Source: Mucilaginibacter sp.
GTDB lineage: Bacteria > Bacteroidota > Bacteroidia > Sphingobacteriales > Sphingobacteriaceae
Length of the DNA: 64,000 nt
NCBI GenBank assembly: GCA_043739405.1
Contig: JAYUEE010000011.1
Location: 36,708-100,707 of the forward strand
Reading direction: 5' to 3'
Position numbers and translations under genes: made by a program. Positions 40,051 through 49,630 of this stretch are shown one piece after another. How positions within the stretch are numbered: the stretch's first letter is position 1; the number at the start of each line of letters is the position of its first letter. A model generated the notes under the pieces. That model was not told the DNA's origin and did not search any database. It saw only the letters and a list, made by a program, of their open reading frames with translations.

Positions 40051-43000
40051 GTGAAAGCGATACTATATAGGTTCATATTAATTGTTTTACTGCTGGTTGT
40101 AATTGGCGGGAAGGCTTATAGTGTAACCACTTATGATTGGGTAGGCACAACTGCAACCTCAGGAGTTTATAATTGGAACAATAAATTAAATTGGCAGGTT
40201 GCCGGCGTTGCCGCTGCAACTATTCCCGGGCCAACAGATATTGTCCAAATAGCCGTAAATTCCTTCACAAACTACCCCACGGTTACCGATGCAGAATCAT
40301 GCGGGTCAATTGTATTCGGCACTTTTGACAACTTTACACTCACCGTGACCGGGGCCCTTACCGTTAGCGGAAATATCACCCAAAAAAACGACGCTAATTT
40401 TTATCAATATACCGTGTTGGCCGGAACCGGCACAATTACCTGCGGCAGCTTTACACTGGGTGATAATACCCAGCCGAATAGCGGGTTGGGAATAGTAAAC
40501 AATGTAAGCAGCCAGGTAGCCCAATTGAACATAAACGGTAACCTAACACTAAACTCTGTGGGCAACGCCACAGGCGATGGCATTGTGTACCCTTATTTCT
40601 CACTGGATGCAAACAAAATCACCCTTACCGGCCAAATTATAACTACAACTTTCAGCGGCCCGTTATCGGGAGGTGTGGGTGACCCGAATTTTCCTGGCTT
40701 AGGCCTTTTCCAGATGGATACGGGTGCCGCCGCTACAACACTCGAGCTTTTAAGCGCGACCCCTGTTTTAACGCCGATCACCAGCGGCTTTACAATCGAT
40801 TTTACCAACAATGGAGCCGGGACAGGAACTGTCCTATATGATGCGCCCCTGGGCACACAAACAATTTACACCACCGGAACAACCGGCCTGGGTATAAATA
40901 GCTATAATTACGATTACCTAACTTTTAGCGGGGCAAGTAAAAAAACAGTTAGTGGAGGTTCACTCACCATTGGCAATAACTGGACAACCGGCGGAGCAGG
41001 CGCAGTGGATTTAAACACCAATAACCCAACTATAACGGTAACAGGAAACTTAGTAAACACAACCAATATAACACAGGGATCGGGAAATATAACTATAACC
41101 AACATCCTGCAAAACAATTCAAACACTATCACGCTTGGTTCGGGCACATTTACCGTCGGCAATATTATGCAGATAAACGGTGGAACGGTAAGCACCGGTT
41201 CGGGTACATTAACAGTTTCAGGTACCTATCAGAACATTGGGGGAACATTGGTATGTGGCTCAGGCAGTGTAATATTTGATGGCAATTACACGAACAACAG
41301 CATTTTTACAGCCGGCACGGGAACTGTTTACTTTTCGGGTGCATCGCAAAATCTCGTCGATAACAGCACAGCCGGCACCATATTTAACAACGTAACGTTT
41401 AACTGCAGCGGAACCGCCACTATAACTGTGGGGATTGGTAATTTTTCCGTTTCAGCAACCGGGGTTCTGACAATGGTAAGCCCGGCAAAATTAGTAGCAG
41501 GAACAGCCACTACGGCTTACTTAACCTTAAACTCTAATGCAACTGGTTCCGCAACAATTGCTGCGATTTCCGGAACATCATTGATTACCGGCTTTGTCAA
41601 TGTGCAGCGCTTCATCACCGGTGGCAGCTCTATCTACAGGGGCTATCGTTTGTTATCGTCGCCAGTATATGCCAGTACAGTAAGCAGTAACAATGTTTTC
41701 AGTATCAACTATTTGCAAAACTCGGCATACCTCGCTGGATCAACGGGTGTTGCCGGAGGCTGGGATAAAACAGGAAACCCAACTATCTACCTTTACCGCG
41801 AAAATCTCGCGCCTGGCAATGCCAACTTTGTTGTTGGAAATTTCAGGGGCGTCAATAATATAACAGCCTCGCCGGGATACCAGCTTGATAACGAAGCAGG
41901 TACATTTAATATACCCGCGGGTAATGGCTATCTATTTTTCTTTCGCGGAAACCGGAGCACTTCATTGACAAGTAAAACCGTTTCGCCATACGCCACACCC
42001 GAAAATACCACTTTAACGGCGACTGGTGTATTGAACCAGGGACAAGTAACCGTGCACGACTGGTACACCCCTGCATCAGTAAATTTGGGCTATACAGTAA
42101 TGGCTGGAAACACCACGGTAAGGGGTTTCAACCTTATTGGGAACCCATATGCGAGCTCTATAGATTGGGATCAGCTTAATAACGTGACGACAACCACAGG
42201 TATATATGAGCAAGGGGTAAGTAATACCATCTATGTGTTCGACCCGGTGAGTAAAAATTATGGCGCCTACACCAAAGGCAGTGGTGGCGTGGGTACACAT
42301 AACACCAGTAATATATTGCCAAGCGGGCAAGCCTTTTTTGTGCAGGCCAGCGCCGCGACAGCCAAGCTGGTTTTTAACGAATCAGCAAAAGTAAACACAC
42401 AGGTTACAGGGGCAACCCTCCTGATGGGCCTGCCGGTTGACTATGCCGTGAATCAATATCTGCGCTTGCAATTAGCAAAAGACTCTGTCAATACCGATGA
42501 TATCATTGTTCGTTTTAAGGACAATGCCGTTACAACATACGATCCCAATGTTGATGGTCAATACAAACCGGGTTACGGAGCAGTAAACCTTTATAGCAGG
42601 TCGAGTGATGGTGTACCACTTGCGATCAGTGTCCTTCCTTTACCAAAAACGAGGGAAATTATACCGTTAACAGCCCAGGCTACCGCTAGTGGCACATACC
42701 AGTTTCAGCTGAAGAATATTGTTGCTATCCCAAAGATTTACAGTATCATGCTTACCGACGCTTATACAAAAGATTCAGTAAATATTCGTGAGAGCATTGT
42801 ATACAGTTTTTCAATCGATAAAACCGATACGAATTCTTACGGGCCCAACCGTTTTAAACTGGTTATAAGTCAAAACCCGGCTTACAATTACAGCTTATTG
42901 AATTTCAACGCTGTGCCGATCGAATCGGCAAGGCAGGTGCAATTGACATGGAAAACAGCCAACGAGGAGAATTACACCTATTTTACCGTTGAACGCAGCA

Positions 43001-43449
43001 ACGACAATGGGAATACTTTTAATGTAGTAGGCGGGATACAATCCCGCGGACAAGGAAGCTACTCCCTGCCTGATAAGAACCCAACTGCAGGGCTCAATCT
43101 TTACCGGCTGAAGCAAATCGACATCGATAATAATATCAGCTATTCAAAAGTAATACCTGTCGAATATTCAGCTTTGAGCAATAGCCTTGTTAATTATAAT
43201 ATAAACGTGTACCCTAATCCGGCTAGAAATGTCATCAATCTCGCTGTTACAAATATTACCAGTACACCCAGCAATAACTATAATATACGTATAACCAACA
43301 GCAGCGGCTTTGTTGTGAAAGACATAACGTCAGGGCAACCTAGCTGGCAGGGAAGTGTAAGCGATCTGCTCACCGGCACTTACATCATCCAGGTGGTGAA
43401 TACAAAAGATCAAACCCTGGTAGGGAAAGCCAAATTCGTAAAACTGTAG
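40051..43449 (+). CDS. Giant T9SS-sorted surface protein, paralog 4 (shorter solenoid head + conserved tail + type A CTD)
   Basis: 1132 aa with a GTG start and signal peptide ...KAYS/V. It has the TYDWVGT...NWNNKLNWQVAG motif. The tail starts at VNVQRF (nt 41596). The CTD reads VYPNPA...GTYIIQV...KFVKL. Confidence 0.8.
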   Translation: MKAILYRFILIVLLLVVIGGKAYSVTTYDWVGTTATSGVYNWNNKLNWQVAGVAAATIPGPTDIVQIAVNSFTNYPTVTDAESCGSIVFGTFDNFTLTVTGALTVSGNITQKNDANFYQYTVLAGTGTITCGSFTLGDNTQPNSGLGIVNNVSSQVAQLNINGNLTLNSVGNATGDGIVYPYFSLDANKITLTGQIITTTFSGPLSGGVGDPNFPGLGLFQMDTGAAATTLELLSATPVLTPITSGFTIDFTNNGAGTGTVLYDAPLGTQTIYTTGTTGLGINSYNYDYLTFSGASKKTVSGGSLTIGNNWTTGGAGAVDLNTNNPTITVTGNLVNTTNITQGSGNITITNILQNNSNTITLGSGTFTVGNIMQINGGTVSTGSGTLTVSGTYQNIGGTLVCGSGSVIFDGNYTNNSIFTAGTGTVYFSGASQNLVDNSTAGTIFNNVTFNCSGTATITVGIGNFSVSATGVLTMVSPAKLVAGTATTAYLTLNSNATGSATIAAISGTSLITGFVNVQRFITGGSSIYRGYRLLSSPVYASTVSSNNVFSINYLQNSAYLAGSTGVAGGWDKTGNPTIYLYRENLAPGNANFVVGNFRGVNNITASPGYQLDNEAGTFNIPAGNGYLFFFRGNRSTSLTSKTVSPYATPENTTLTATGVLNQGQVTVHDWYTPASVNLGYTVMAGNTTVRGFNLIGNPYASSIDWDQLNNVTTTTGIYEQGVSNTIYVFDPVSKNYGAYTKGSGGVGTHNTSNILPSGQAFFVQASAATAKLVFNESAKVNTQVTGATLLMGLPVDYAVNQYLRLQLAKDSVNTDDIIVRFKDNAVTTYDPNVDGQYKPGYGAVNLYSRSSDGVPLAISVLPLPKTREIIPLTAQATASGTYQFQLKNIVAIPKIYSIMLTDAYTKDSVNIRESIVYSFSIDKTDTNSYGPNRFKLVISQNPAYNYSLLNFNAVPIESARQVQLTWKTANEENYTYFTVERSNDNGNTFNVVGGIQSRGQGSYSLPDKNPTAGLNLYRLKQIDIDNNISYSKVIPVEYSALSNSLVNYNINVYPNPARNVINLAVTNITSTPSNNYNIRITNSSGFVVKDITSGQPSWQGSVSDLLTGTYIIQVVNTKDQTLVGKAKFVKL

Positions 43450-43530
43450 TCCTGGTCAAAAAAAATCCCCGCTGCACAAATGCACAGAAGGGATAATTAA
43501 AACAATAATATATAAAGGGGTGATTTTTTC

Positions 43531-44151
43531 TTATGACCTGTTAGGTGGACTAAGCTGTAACTGGCTGATAATCCCATCAACAACCTTAGGGATATCTTCA
43601 ATATTTTTTTGTGGGTTATTATGCACCTCTCCTACGCCGTAACCACGCCACACAACTCGGTGCGTACGGGTATCTATTAAATCAATAATAATAGTTCCTT
43701 CCTTGTAATGCTCCTTGCCGGTAGCGGTTGATCCGCCATAATAAAGAAACGAGCTGCCAAAGCCATAATAATATGGACGATACCCCCAACCCCAGCCAAA
43801 TCCTAAACCAAACCCGGGATAAAATCCTGTACCATAATAGGTAGGCGAATAAACCGTTTTCGACCCCGTGCCCACAGTTGCAGTATAAGTTGCAAGCAAG
43901 TCGGGGTTGCTGGTTTGCATGCGCAATCCCTTAGCGCTGAGCGAAGCCACAGCAGCGTCTTTGATCTTAAGGTCGGCGACATTGCCAGCACCAGATGGGT
44001 TGTTCGTTTTTCCTTGCGGCAACCAGGCAAATGAGTGGTATCCGCTCATGTTAGTCCTGTTGAGACCGGCAGTATAATAGTTATAGCTGCTACAGGCCGA
44101 TAAACAAACGGTGATGAAAGATACAAGCACCAGGTAGAGTGATGTTTTCAT
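43531..44151 (-). CDS. DUF4136-like lipoprotein
   Basis: 206 aa with lipobox CLSAC, a Gly/Tyr/Trp-rich middle, and C-terminal GTIIIDLIDTRTHRVVWRG typical of DUF4136. Confidence 0.6.
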   Translation of the reverse strand: MKTSLYLVLVSFITVCLSACSSYNYYTAGLNRTNMSGYHSFAWLPQGKTNNPSGAGNVADLKIKDAAVASLSAKGLRMQTSNPDLLATYTATVGTGSKTVYSPTYYGTGFYPGFGLGFGWGWGYRPYYYGFGSSFLYYGGSTATGKEHYKEGTIIIDLIDTRTHRVVWRGYGVGEVHNNPQKNIEDIPKVVDGIISQLQLSPPNRS

Positions 44152-44219
44152 GGCTATTTTCCTCGAATTTATTTGTTAGACTATTTAAAATAAAAAGGTT
44201 TAATCGAAAAAAAAGTTTT

Positions 44220-45869
44220 TTATGATAAATACTTGCCAACTATTGGCATACGGCGGCCCATTCCAAAAGCCTTAGGCGAAACCCTTAGTATTGGTGGCGT
44301 CTGGTAACGTTTATGTTCGGCAATATTTACCAGGCGCAATACCCTGCGCACGGTTTGTTCGTCAAAGCCCATCTTTGCTATTTCGCCCGATGAACACCTG
44401 TTTTCGATGTATTGCATCAATATCGCATCAAGTATATCATACTCAGGCAACGAGTCTGTATCCTTTTGATTGGGACGCAACTCTGCTGAAGGGGGTTTTA
44501 CAATGGTATTAATAGGGATTATTTCACGTTCCCGGTTCAGGTAACGCGCCAACTCAAAAACCTGTGTCTTGTAAACATCCCCTATAACCGAAATACCGCC
44601 GCACATATCGCCATACAATGTCCCATAACCTACAGCTGCTTCGCTTTTGTTTGATGTGTTCAATAATATATAGCCAAACTTATTGCACATGGCCATCAAC
44701 ACAACAGCCCTGCTTCGCGATTGTATATTTTCCTCGGCAATATTAAACGGCAGGTTCTGAAATTGCGGGTGAAGCGCCGCTTCAAATGCTTCGGTAATAC
44801 TCCTGATGGCGACTATCTCGTGCTTACATCCTAAGTTTTTGACCAGGTCCTCGGCATCTTTTATCGAATGGTCGCTTGAAAAACGCGACGGCAGCAAAAC
44901 TGACATCACATTTTGTGGGCCGAGTGCTTCTGCGGCCAGTGCGCATACCACAGCAGAATCTATTCCACCGGATAAGCCGAGTATAGCATTTTTGAATCCT
45001 GACTTGTAAAAATAGTCTCGTATACCAAGCACTAATGCCTGGTGTATTTGCTCAATATTATCCTGTTTCGTTTTGCGGATAGTTACAGGCTGCAAAGGCT
45101 TCACTTCAGATTTATCCTCAAGTGTATAATAAGCTACGCTTTCCCCGAAGTAAGGCAGTTCATCAACCATCGCTCCTGTGTTGTCAAATACAAGCGAGCC
45201 ACCGTCAAATATCAGTTCAGTTTGCGCCCCTACATGATTGACATAGAAAAGCGGCAGTTGGTAGCGTTTTGCATTGTCACTTAATATGTTAATGCGTTCC
45301 TCGTCGTGATTATAGGCAAATGGCGATGCAGCTATATTGATCATTACATCCGGATTCTCCTTTATCAGCACGTCCATCGGGCGTGTAACATACAAAGGGT
45401 TTTCAAAGGTGTTCCAAAGGTCTTCGCATATCGTTAGTGCTATGCGGTGTCCTTTAAAATCGATACACTTAAAAGTTGTTGATGGTTCGAAATAGCGGTA
45501 TTCATCAAATATGTCGTAGTTGGGAAGTAATGCTTTATTTACAACAGCTTTTACCTCGCCATTTTCAATAAAGTAAGCGGAGTTATTTAGTTCCTTTCCT
45601 TCGGGGTTATGATTATAGGTAGGCAGTCCGATAATACAGGCAATGCCAATACATTCCGCAGCAATCTTTTTTACTGCATCGTCGCAAAGCCCAATAAACT
45701 CTTTAAATTCTAGAAAATCACGTGAAGGGTAGCCACACACGCACAATTCGGCAAACACAACAAGGTCGGCACCACGGTCTTTGGCCTGGTTTATTTGGCC
45801 GATAATTTTCGTGGTATTTGATTCAAAATTACCAACATGATAGTTAAGCTGTGCCAGTGCGATCTTCAT
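44220..45869 (-). CDS. nadE: Glutamine-dependent NAD+ synthetase
   Basis: 549 aa. The N-terminal carbon-nitrogen hydrolase domain starts MKIALAQLNYHVGN. The C-terminal PP-loop is LGLSGGIDSAV. Confidence 0.9.
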   Translation of the reverse strand: MKIALAQLNYHVGNFESNTTKIIGQINQAKDRGADLVVFAELCVCGYPSRDFLEFKEFIGLCDDAVKKIAAECIGIACIIGLPTYNHNPEGKELNNSAYFIENGEVKAVVNKALLPNYDIFDEYRYFEPSTTFKCIDFKGHRIALTICEDLWNTFENPLYVTRPMDVLIKENPDVMINIAASPFAYNHDEERINILSDNAKRYQLPLFYVNHVGAQTELIFDGGSLVFDNTGAMVDELPYFGESVAYYTLEDKSEVKPLQPVTIRKTKQDNIEQIHQALVLGIRDYFYKSGFKNAILGLSGGIDSAVVCALAAEALGPQNVMSVLLPSRFSSDHSIKDAEDLVKNLGCKHEIVAIRSITEAFEAALHPQFQNLPFNIAEENIQSRSRAVVLMAMCNKFGYILLNTSNKSEAAVGYGTLYGDMCGGISVIGDVYKTQVFELARYLNREREIIPINTIVKPPSAELRPNQKDTDSLPEYDILDAILMQYIENRCSSGEIAKMGFDEQTVRRVLRLVNIAEHKRYQTPPILRVSPKAFGMGRRMPIVGKYLS

Positions 45870-45937
45870 ATAATGGATGATAACGATTTGCTTTCGGTAA
45901 TGCGGATTAAAAAATTATTTTTGCTAAAACGATAAAA

Positions 45938-46981
45938 ATGGTATTTCATTTTCCCAAAGCAAAGCAAATTTACCTAATTTTTCTGACGAGTGTGTTATTA
46001 ACGGCCTGCGGTCGCTCTAAAAAAATTGATGTAAGCAATATTGAGGTCAATGTGACCATCGAGCGATTCGACAAAGACCTTGAGGCAATGCGTACAAAAC
46101 CCATGGCTGCCCAGGCTGCTTTTATGAAAAAAAAATACGGCGCTTTTTATGACGATTTTATGGAGCGCATTATCCAGGTCGGTAGTACCAGGGACACAAA
46201 CTATCTCAAGACCCTGCACGAAATACTGGTTGCGGAGCCATACAATGATGTAAAACACGAGGTGGATTCAATATTTCCGAACCTTGACAAAGAAAACGAA
46301 GAACTAACAGATGCCTTTAGGCATATCAAATATTATTACCCACAGAAAGCTTTACCAAAATTATATGCTTATTTTTCGGGTTTCCAGGTGGGAAGAGCCA
46401 ATGGCAGTGGCTACTTTGGTATAGGGCTTGATTTCTTTTTGGGTGCGCACTCAAAATTTTATACTGCCTCCGCCATAACCGAACTTTTTCCGCATTACAT
46501 GTCACGCAGGTTTACGCCCGAAAATATTACGCCGAGGGTGGTTGAAGGAATAGCACGCGACGATATGTTCCCGGAAAGTGACCAGGATAAGTCATTGCTG
46601 GCAAAAATGATTTATAATGGTAAGATATTATATTATATGGATAAAATATTACCTGATGAACCTGACTCTCTCAAAATAGGTTATACCGCTAAGCAGGCTA
46701 AATGGTGTGTTGATTATAAAGCGCAGATATGGGGGTTTTTTTTGGAAGAGAAACTGCTTTACGAAACTGACTATAACAAAATACAAAAGTATCTTGGTGA
46801 AGCTCCTTTCACCCCTGGTCTTGGCGAGAATAATGATGCTTCGCCGAAATTAGCTTCATGGACCGGTTGGCAGATAGTAAGGGAATACATGGATAAGCAC
46901 CCCGAAGTTACATTGCAGCAATTAATGCTTGAACATGATGCTCAAAAAATATTGAACGAATCGAAATACAGGCCTAAATAA
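45938..46981 (+). CDS. gldB: Gliding motility lipoprotein GldB family
   Basis: 347 aa with lipobox LLTAC. The stretch IDVSNIEVNVTIERFDKDL and the overall length and pattern match my memory of GldB. Confidence 0.65.
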   Translation: MVFHFPKAKQIYLIFLTSVLLTACGRSKKIDVSNIEVNVTIERFDKDLEAMRTKPMAAQAAFMKKKYGAFYDDFMERIIQVGSTRDTNYLKTLHEILVAEPYNDVKHEVDSIFPNLDKENEELTDAFRHIKYYYPQKALPKLYAYFSGFQVGRANGSGYFGIGLDFFLGAHSKFYTASAITELFPHYMSRRFTPENITPRVVEGIARDDMFPESDQDKSLLAKMIYNGKILYYMDKILPDEPDSLKIGYTAKQAKWCVDYKAQIWGFFLEEKLLYETDYNKIQKYLGEAPFTPGLGENNDASPKLASWTGWQIVREYMDKHPEVTLQQLMLEHDAQKILNESKYRPK

Positions 46982-47088
46982 GTTGTCTGAACACCTATTT
47001 GCTGAATTAATGGATTACCGGTATGATTTCAATTCATCGTCCTTTAATCATGTTAATTTATTAAATCCTATGAATCGTGTTCAGGCAA

Positions 47089-47124
47089 TAAAAAAGCGTG
47101 CTGAATTTATCAGCACGCTTTTTT
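47089..47124. terminator. Bidirectional rho-independent terminator
   Basis: A-run, GCGTGCTGA (47096-47104), loop ATTTA, TCAGCACGC (47110-47118), then a T-run. It lies between convergent gldB and the 67-aa ORF. Confidence 0.8.
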
Positions 47125-47144
47125 ATTTTATGTAGAAATAAGAT

Positions 47145-47348
47145 TTACTTTAAGATCGCGAAAATAGCTTTCAGGGCAACTACTACGCCGAGTACCAATA
47201 GAATATTGGCAATACAGTTGTAAAAAAATTGATGTCCCGAAGCCGGGTCGCCCGCAAAACGAAAATATACGCCCACCATGCCGATAATAACGGCTACAAC
47301 TATCAAAAGGTAATGACGTTCGTCGTTTGCTTCTTCTGTTTTGTTCAT
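47145..47348 (-). CDS. Small two-TM membrane protein (hypothetical)
   Basis: 67-aa ORF with two clear hydrophobic helices. It is followed by the bidirectional terminator. Confidence 0.45.
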   Translation of the reverse strand: MNKTEEANDERHYLLIVVAVIIGMVGVYFRFAGDPASGHQFFYNCIANILLVLGVVVALKAIFAILK

Positions 47349-47406
47349 ATTCTTTTAGTATTGAAAGATTTCCGACAAAAATAGAAATGTTTACCGAATA
47401 TTTATA

Positions 47407-47438
47407 GATTACACCGATTATTTTATGATTACACCGAT
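47407..47438. repeat. Direct repeat pair GATTACACCGAT x2 (20-nt period)
   Basis: Exact 12-mers at 47407-47418 and 47427-47438, separated by TATTTTAT. The second copy abuts the DUF4349 stop codon. Confidence 0.8.
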
Positions 47439-48322
47439 CAATTTGTTGTGGCTTTGCTCACCGGCCGAACCTTACTGCGATAGTAAACAAGCAGGCGCCA
47501 GGCAACAAATCCCGTTATGATAAACATCCACAAATTAACCAACCCCACCACCATATCCACAAAAATAGCCCAGCCATTTTCCAAAGCCAACGCAAGCCTT
47601 TGGAACAAAGGAATATTGTAAGCTGATGGGTCGTCGTTAGCGATAGTCTCTTTGCTGATCGTATCGCTTTGGTAGAAATTCAGGCTAATGACACTGAATT
47701 TCACAGCTTGGTCAGTCCGGAGATTATTAATTTTTTGATCAACCATGTCATCTTTTAATAAAAGCACATCGGTCGGGTTTTTTATTCTGATCTTCCCGCT
47801 TTTTTGCTGGCTCACCAATTCCTGCCGATCCTTCAATTTAAGTTGTTCGGATAAGTAGTCAAGCGATCTATCATCAATATCCATCCGACTGATATTTACA
47901 TAAATGCCCATCTTGCTTACTCTAGTCATAAATTCCTCCAGTTTATCTGACGGCACCCTTACTGTCATTTCTCCAGTGGTATTAAAAGCTGCTATACGCA
48001 TAATAGAATCATTGCTGATATGGACATCCCTTGTTGAGCTTGCCGACGATTGTACCTGGTGATGCATGACCATACCGCCATATTGACTTGTAAGGGTTGC
48101 AATATTTTCGCCCACCTGACGTACATCTTTTACCTTGAAGTTTATCTCGGCTGTCTTTACCAACTTCGATACTACTTTGGTCGAATCTGCTTCCGCAGTG
48201 GTGTAATCGGCAGTACCTCGTTTGTCGTTATTTACAACCTCATAATCTTTGGATGCTTTCCCTTTGCAGGCTGCCAGCAAAGCAATAGCCGCCGGCAGTA
48301 TCAGTAACATTTTTGTTTTCAT
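47438..48322 (-). CDS. DUF4349-like lipoprotein with C-terminal TM anchor
   Basis: 294 aa with lipobox LLAAC, a coiled middle, and a C-terminal hydrophobic pair WAIFVDMVVGLVNLWMFIITGFVAW. Confidence 0.55.
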   Translation of the reverse strand: MKTKMLLILPAAIALLAACKGKASKDYEVVNNDKRGTADYTTAEADSTKVVSKLVKTAEINFKVKDVRQVGENIATLTSQYGGMVMHHQVQSSASSTRDVHISNDSIMRIAAFNTTGEMTVRVPSDKLEEFMTRVSKMGIYVNISRMDIDDRSLDYLSEQLKLKDRQELVSQQKSGKIRIKNPTDVLLLKDDMVDQKINNLRTDQAVKFSVISLNFYQSDTISKETIANDDPSAYNIPLFQRLALALENGWAIFVDMVVGLVNLWMFIITGFVAWRLLVYYRSKVRPVSKATTN

Positions 48323-48631
48323 GATTGGTAAGTTTAAATTGATTTTTCAATTAATACCGATCAAAACAGAATGGTAACCCTATTTAACATATTTTAACAA
48401 AACATTATTCCGATAAATATAAATAAACAGAATTTTATTTCAAAAGAATAGCGTCGCGGCACAAGCGCGGGAGGAAATTTGAACAATATTTAATTAATAC
48501 TGATTGGGCGGAAAGGTAACCCGATTATCAATAATTAACCCCAACCTGGCGAACGGTGATATTCTATGGTTTACATACTTTTTAGTTAAAAAATTAACAA
48601 TCAATACATTAACTGTAAAATACCCCAAATT

Positions 48632-48652
48632 ATGTAAACCATGTAAACCATG
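48632..48652. repeat. 9-bp tandem repeat ATGTAAACC x2.3
   Basis: Direct reading of atgtaaacc atgtaaacc atg inside a 400-nt non-coding gap. Confidence 0.8.
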
Positions 48653-48670
48653 TTTTCGGGTAACGTCCAC

Positions 48671-48699
48671 AAAAAAGGCCCCTCTTTTCAGAGAAGCCT
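48671..48699 (-). terminator. Rho-independent terminator of the atp operon
   Basis: On the minus strand: GGCTTCTCT - GAAA - AGAGGGGCC (two G-U pairs) followed by TTTTTT, 24 nt after the atpG stop. Confidence 0.7.
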
Positions 48700-48722
48700 T
48701 CAAAATATTTATTTGATAATGC

Positions 48723-49607
48723 TTAATTTGATGACAAAGCTGCTGCACCGCTCACAATTTCGGTAAGTTCGGTAGTAATGGCTGCCTGGCGCGCCTGGTT
48801 GTATGACAGTTTTAGCTGCTTCAACAACTCGCCTGCGTTATCAGTAGCCTTATCCATAGCCGTCATACGTGCACCATGTTCGGATGCATGTGAATCCAGT
48901 ACTGCCTTGTAAAGCTGTGTCTTGATATTCTTGGGTATCAATTGTGCAACAATTTCTTCCTGCGAAGGCTCAAGAATATAGTCAACCTGGGTTGCTTTTG
49001 CATCTGGTTTCTTTTCTGATTTAGGTACGGGTAACAATTGCTCCACTGTCAGAATTTGTACCGCAGCGTTTTTGAATTGATTGTAAACCAACTCAACGCG
49101 GTCATATTCGCCATTCAAAAAGCCCTCCATTATGGCTTCCGTTATTTTGGAAACGTTGAGAAAATTAAGCTCGTTGAACAATTCGTTGTTATCCCCAATC
49201 ACGTCATACTTGCGCCGCTGAAAATACTCCTGCCCTTTTTTACCGATACCTATGATAGAAATATTGCCGGCTTTATGTTGCGCGTTATATTTTTCAGAGA
49301 TCAGGACATTGGCGGTTTTAATAGCGTTCATATTGAACGCGCCAGCCAAGCCACGGTTTGAGGTTACAACTACGATCAAAACCTTAACCGGCTCGCGCTC
49401 CTGCAAAAAAGGAGATGACCCATCTTCGAGTGATGCAGAAAGATTAGCCAGTATATCCTTTAGCTTAGTGGCATAAGGGCGCAACTGTAAAATAGCATTT
49501 GTAGCTCGCTTCAACTTGGCAGCCGAAACCATTTTCATAGCCTTGGTGATCTGCTGCGTTGAGCTTACCGACGCAATCCTGTTTCTTACTTCTTTTAAAT
49601 TAGCCAT
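48723..49607 (-). CDS. atpG: F0F1 ATP synthase subunit gamma
   Basis: 294 aa. MANLKEVRNRIASVSSTQQITKAMKMVSAAKL at the start and ITTELTEIVSGAAAL at the end. Confidence 0.95.
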   Translation of the reverse strand: MANLKEVRNRIASVSSTQQITKAMKMVSAAKLKRATNAILQLRPYATKLKDILANLSASLEDGSSPFLQEREPVKVLIVVVTSNRGLAGAFNMNAIKTANVLISEKYNAQHKAGNISIIGIGKKGQEYFQRRKYDVIGDNNELFNELNFLNVSKITEAIMEGFLNGEYDRVELVYNQFKNAAVQILTVEQLLPVPKSEKKPDAKATQVDYILEPSQEEIVAQLIPKNIKTQLYKAVLDSHASEHGARMTAMDKATDNAGELLKQLKLSYNQARQAAITTELTEIVSGAAALSSN

Positions 49608-49630
49608 TCTTTTCTGAGCATCAAGTATTC

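Noticed and set aside
28017-41510. Many antisense ORFs of 60-135 aa inside the four giant genes, for example 29016-29423, 36777-37067, 37599-37913 and 40914-41195.
   Set aside because: They are artefacts of Thr/Gly/Ala/Asn-rich repeat coding, which leaves the reverse frames free of stops. The sense frames are continuous for more than 1100 codons, with signal peptides and CTDs.
27550-43449. The idea that the array is a diversity-generating retroelement target or an invertase-controlled phase-variable locus.
   Set aside because: The window has no reverse transcriptase and no template/variable repeat pair of near-identical DNA. It has no site-specific recombinase gene and no long inverted repeats flanking the promoters.
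43803-44030. A 75-aa minus-strand ORF in another frame inside the DUF4136-like gene.
   Set aside because: It is fully nested in a longer ORF that has a lipoprotein signal and family-typical C-terminus. Its translation is Arg/Leu-rich noise.
48494-48748. ORFs of 70 aa (+) and 84 aa (-) in the gap downstream of atpG.
   Set aside because: They overlap each other on opposite strands and run across the atpG terminator hairpin. They have no start context or recognisable motifs.
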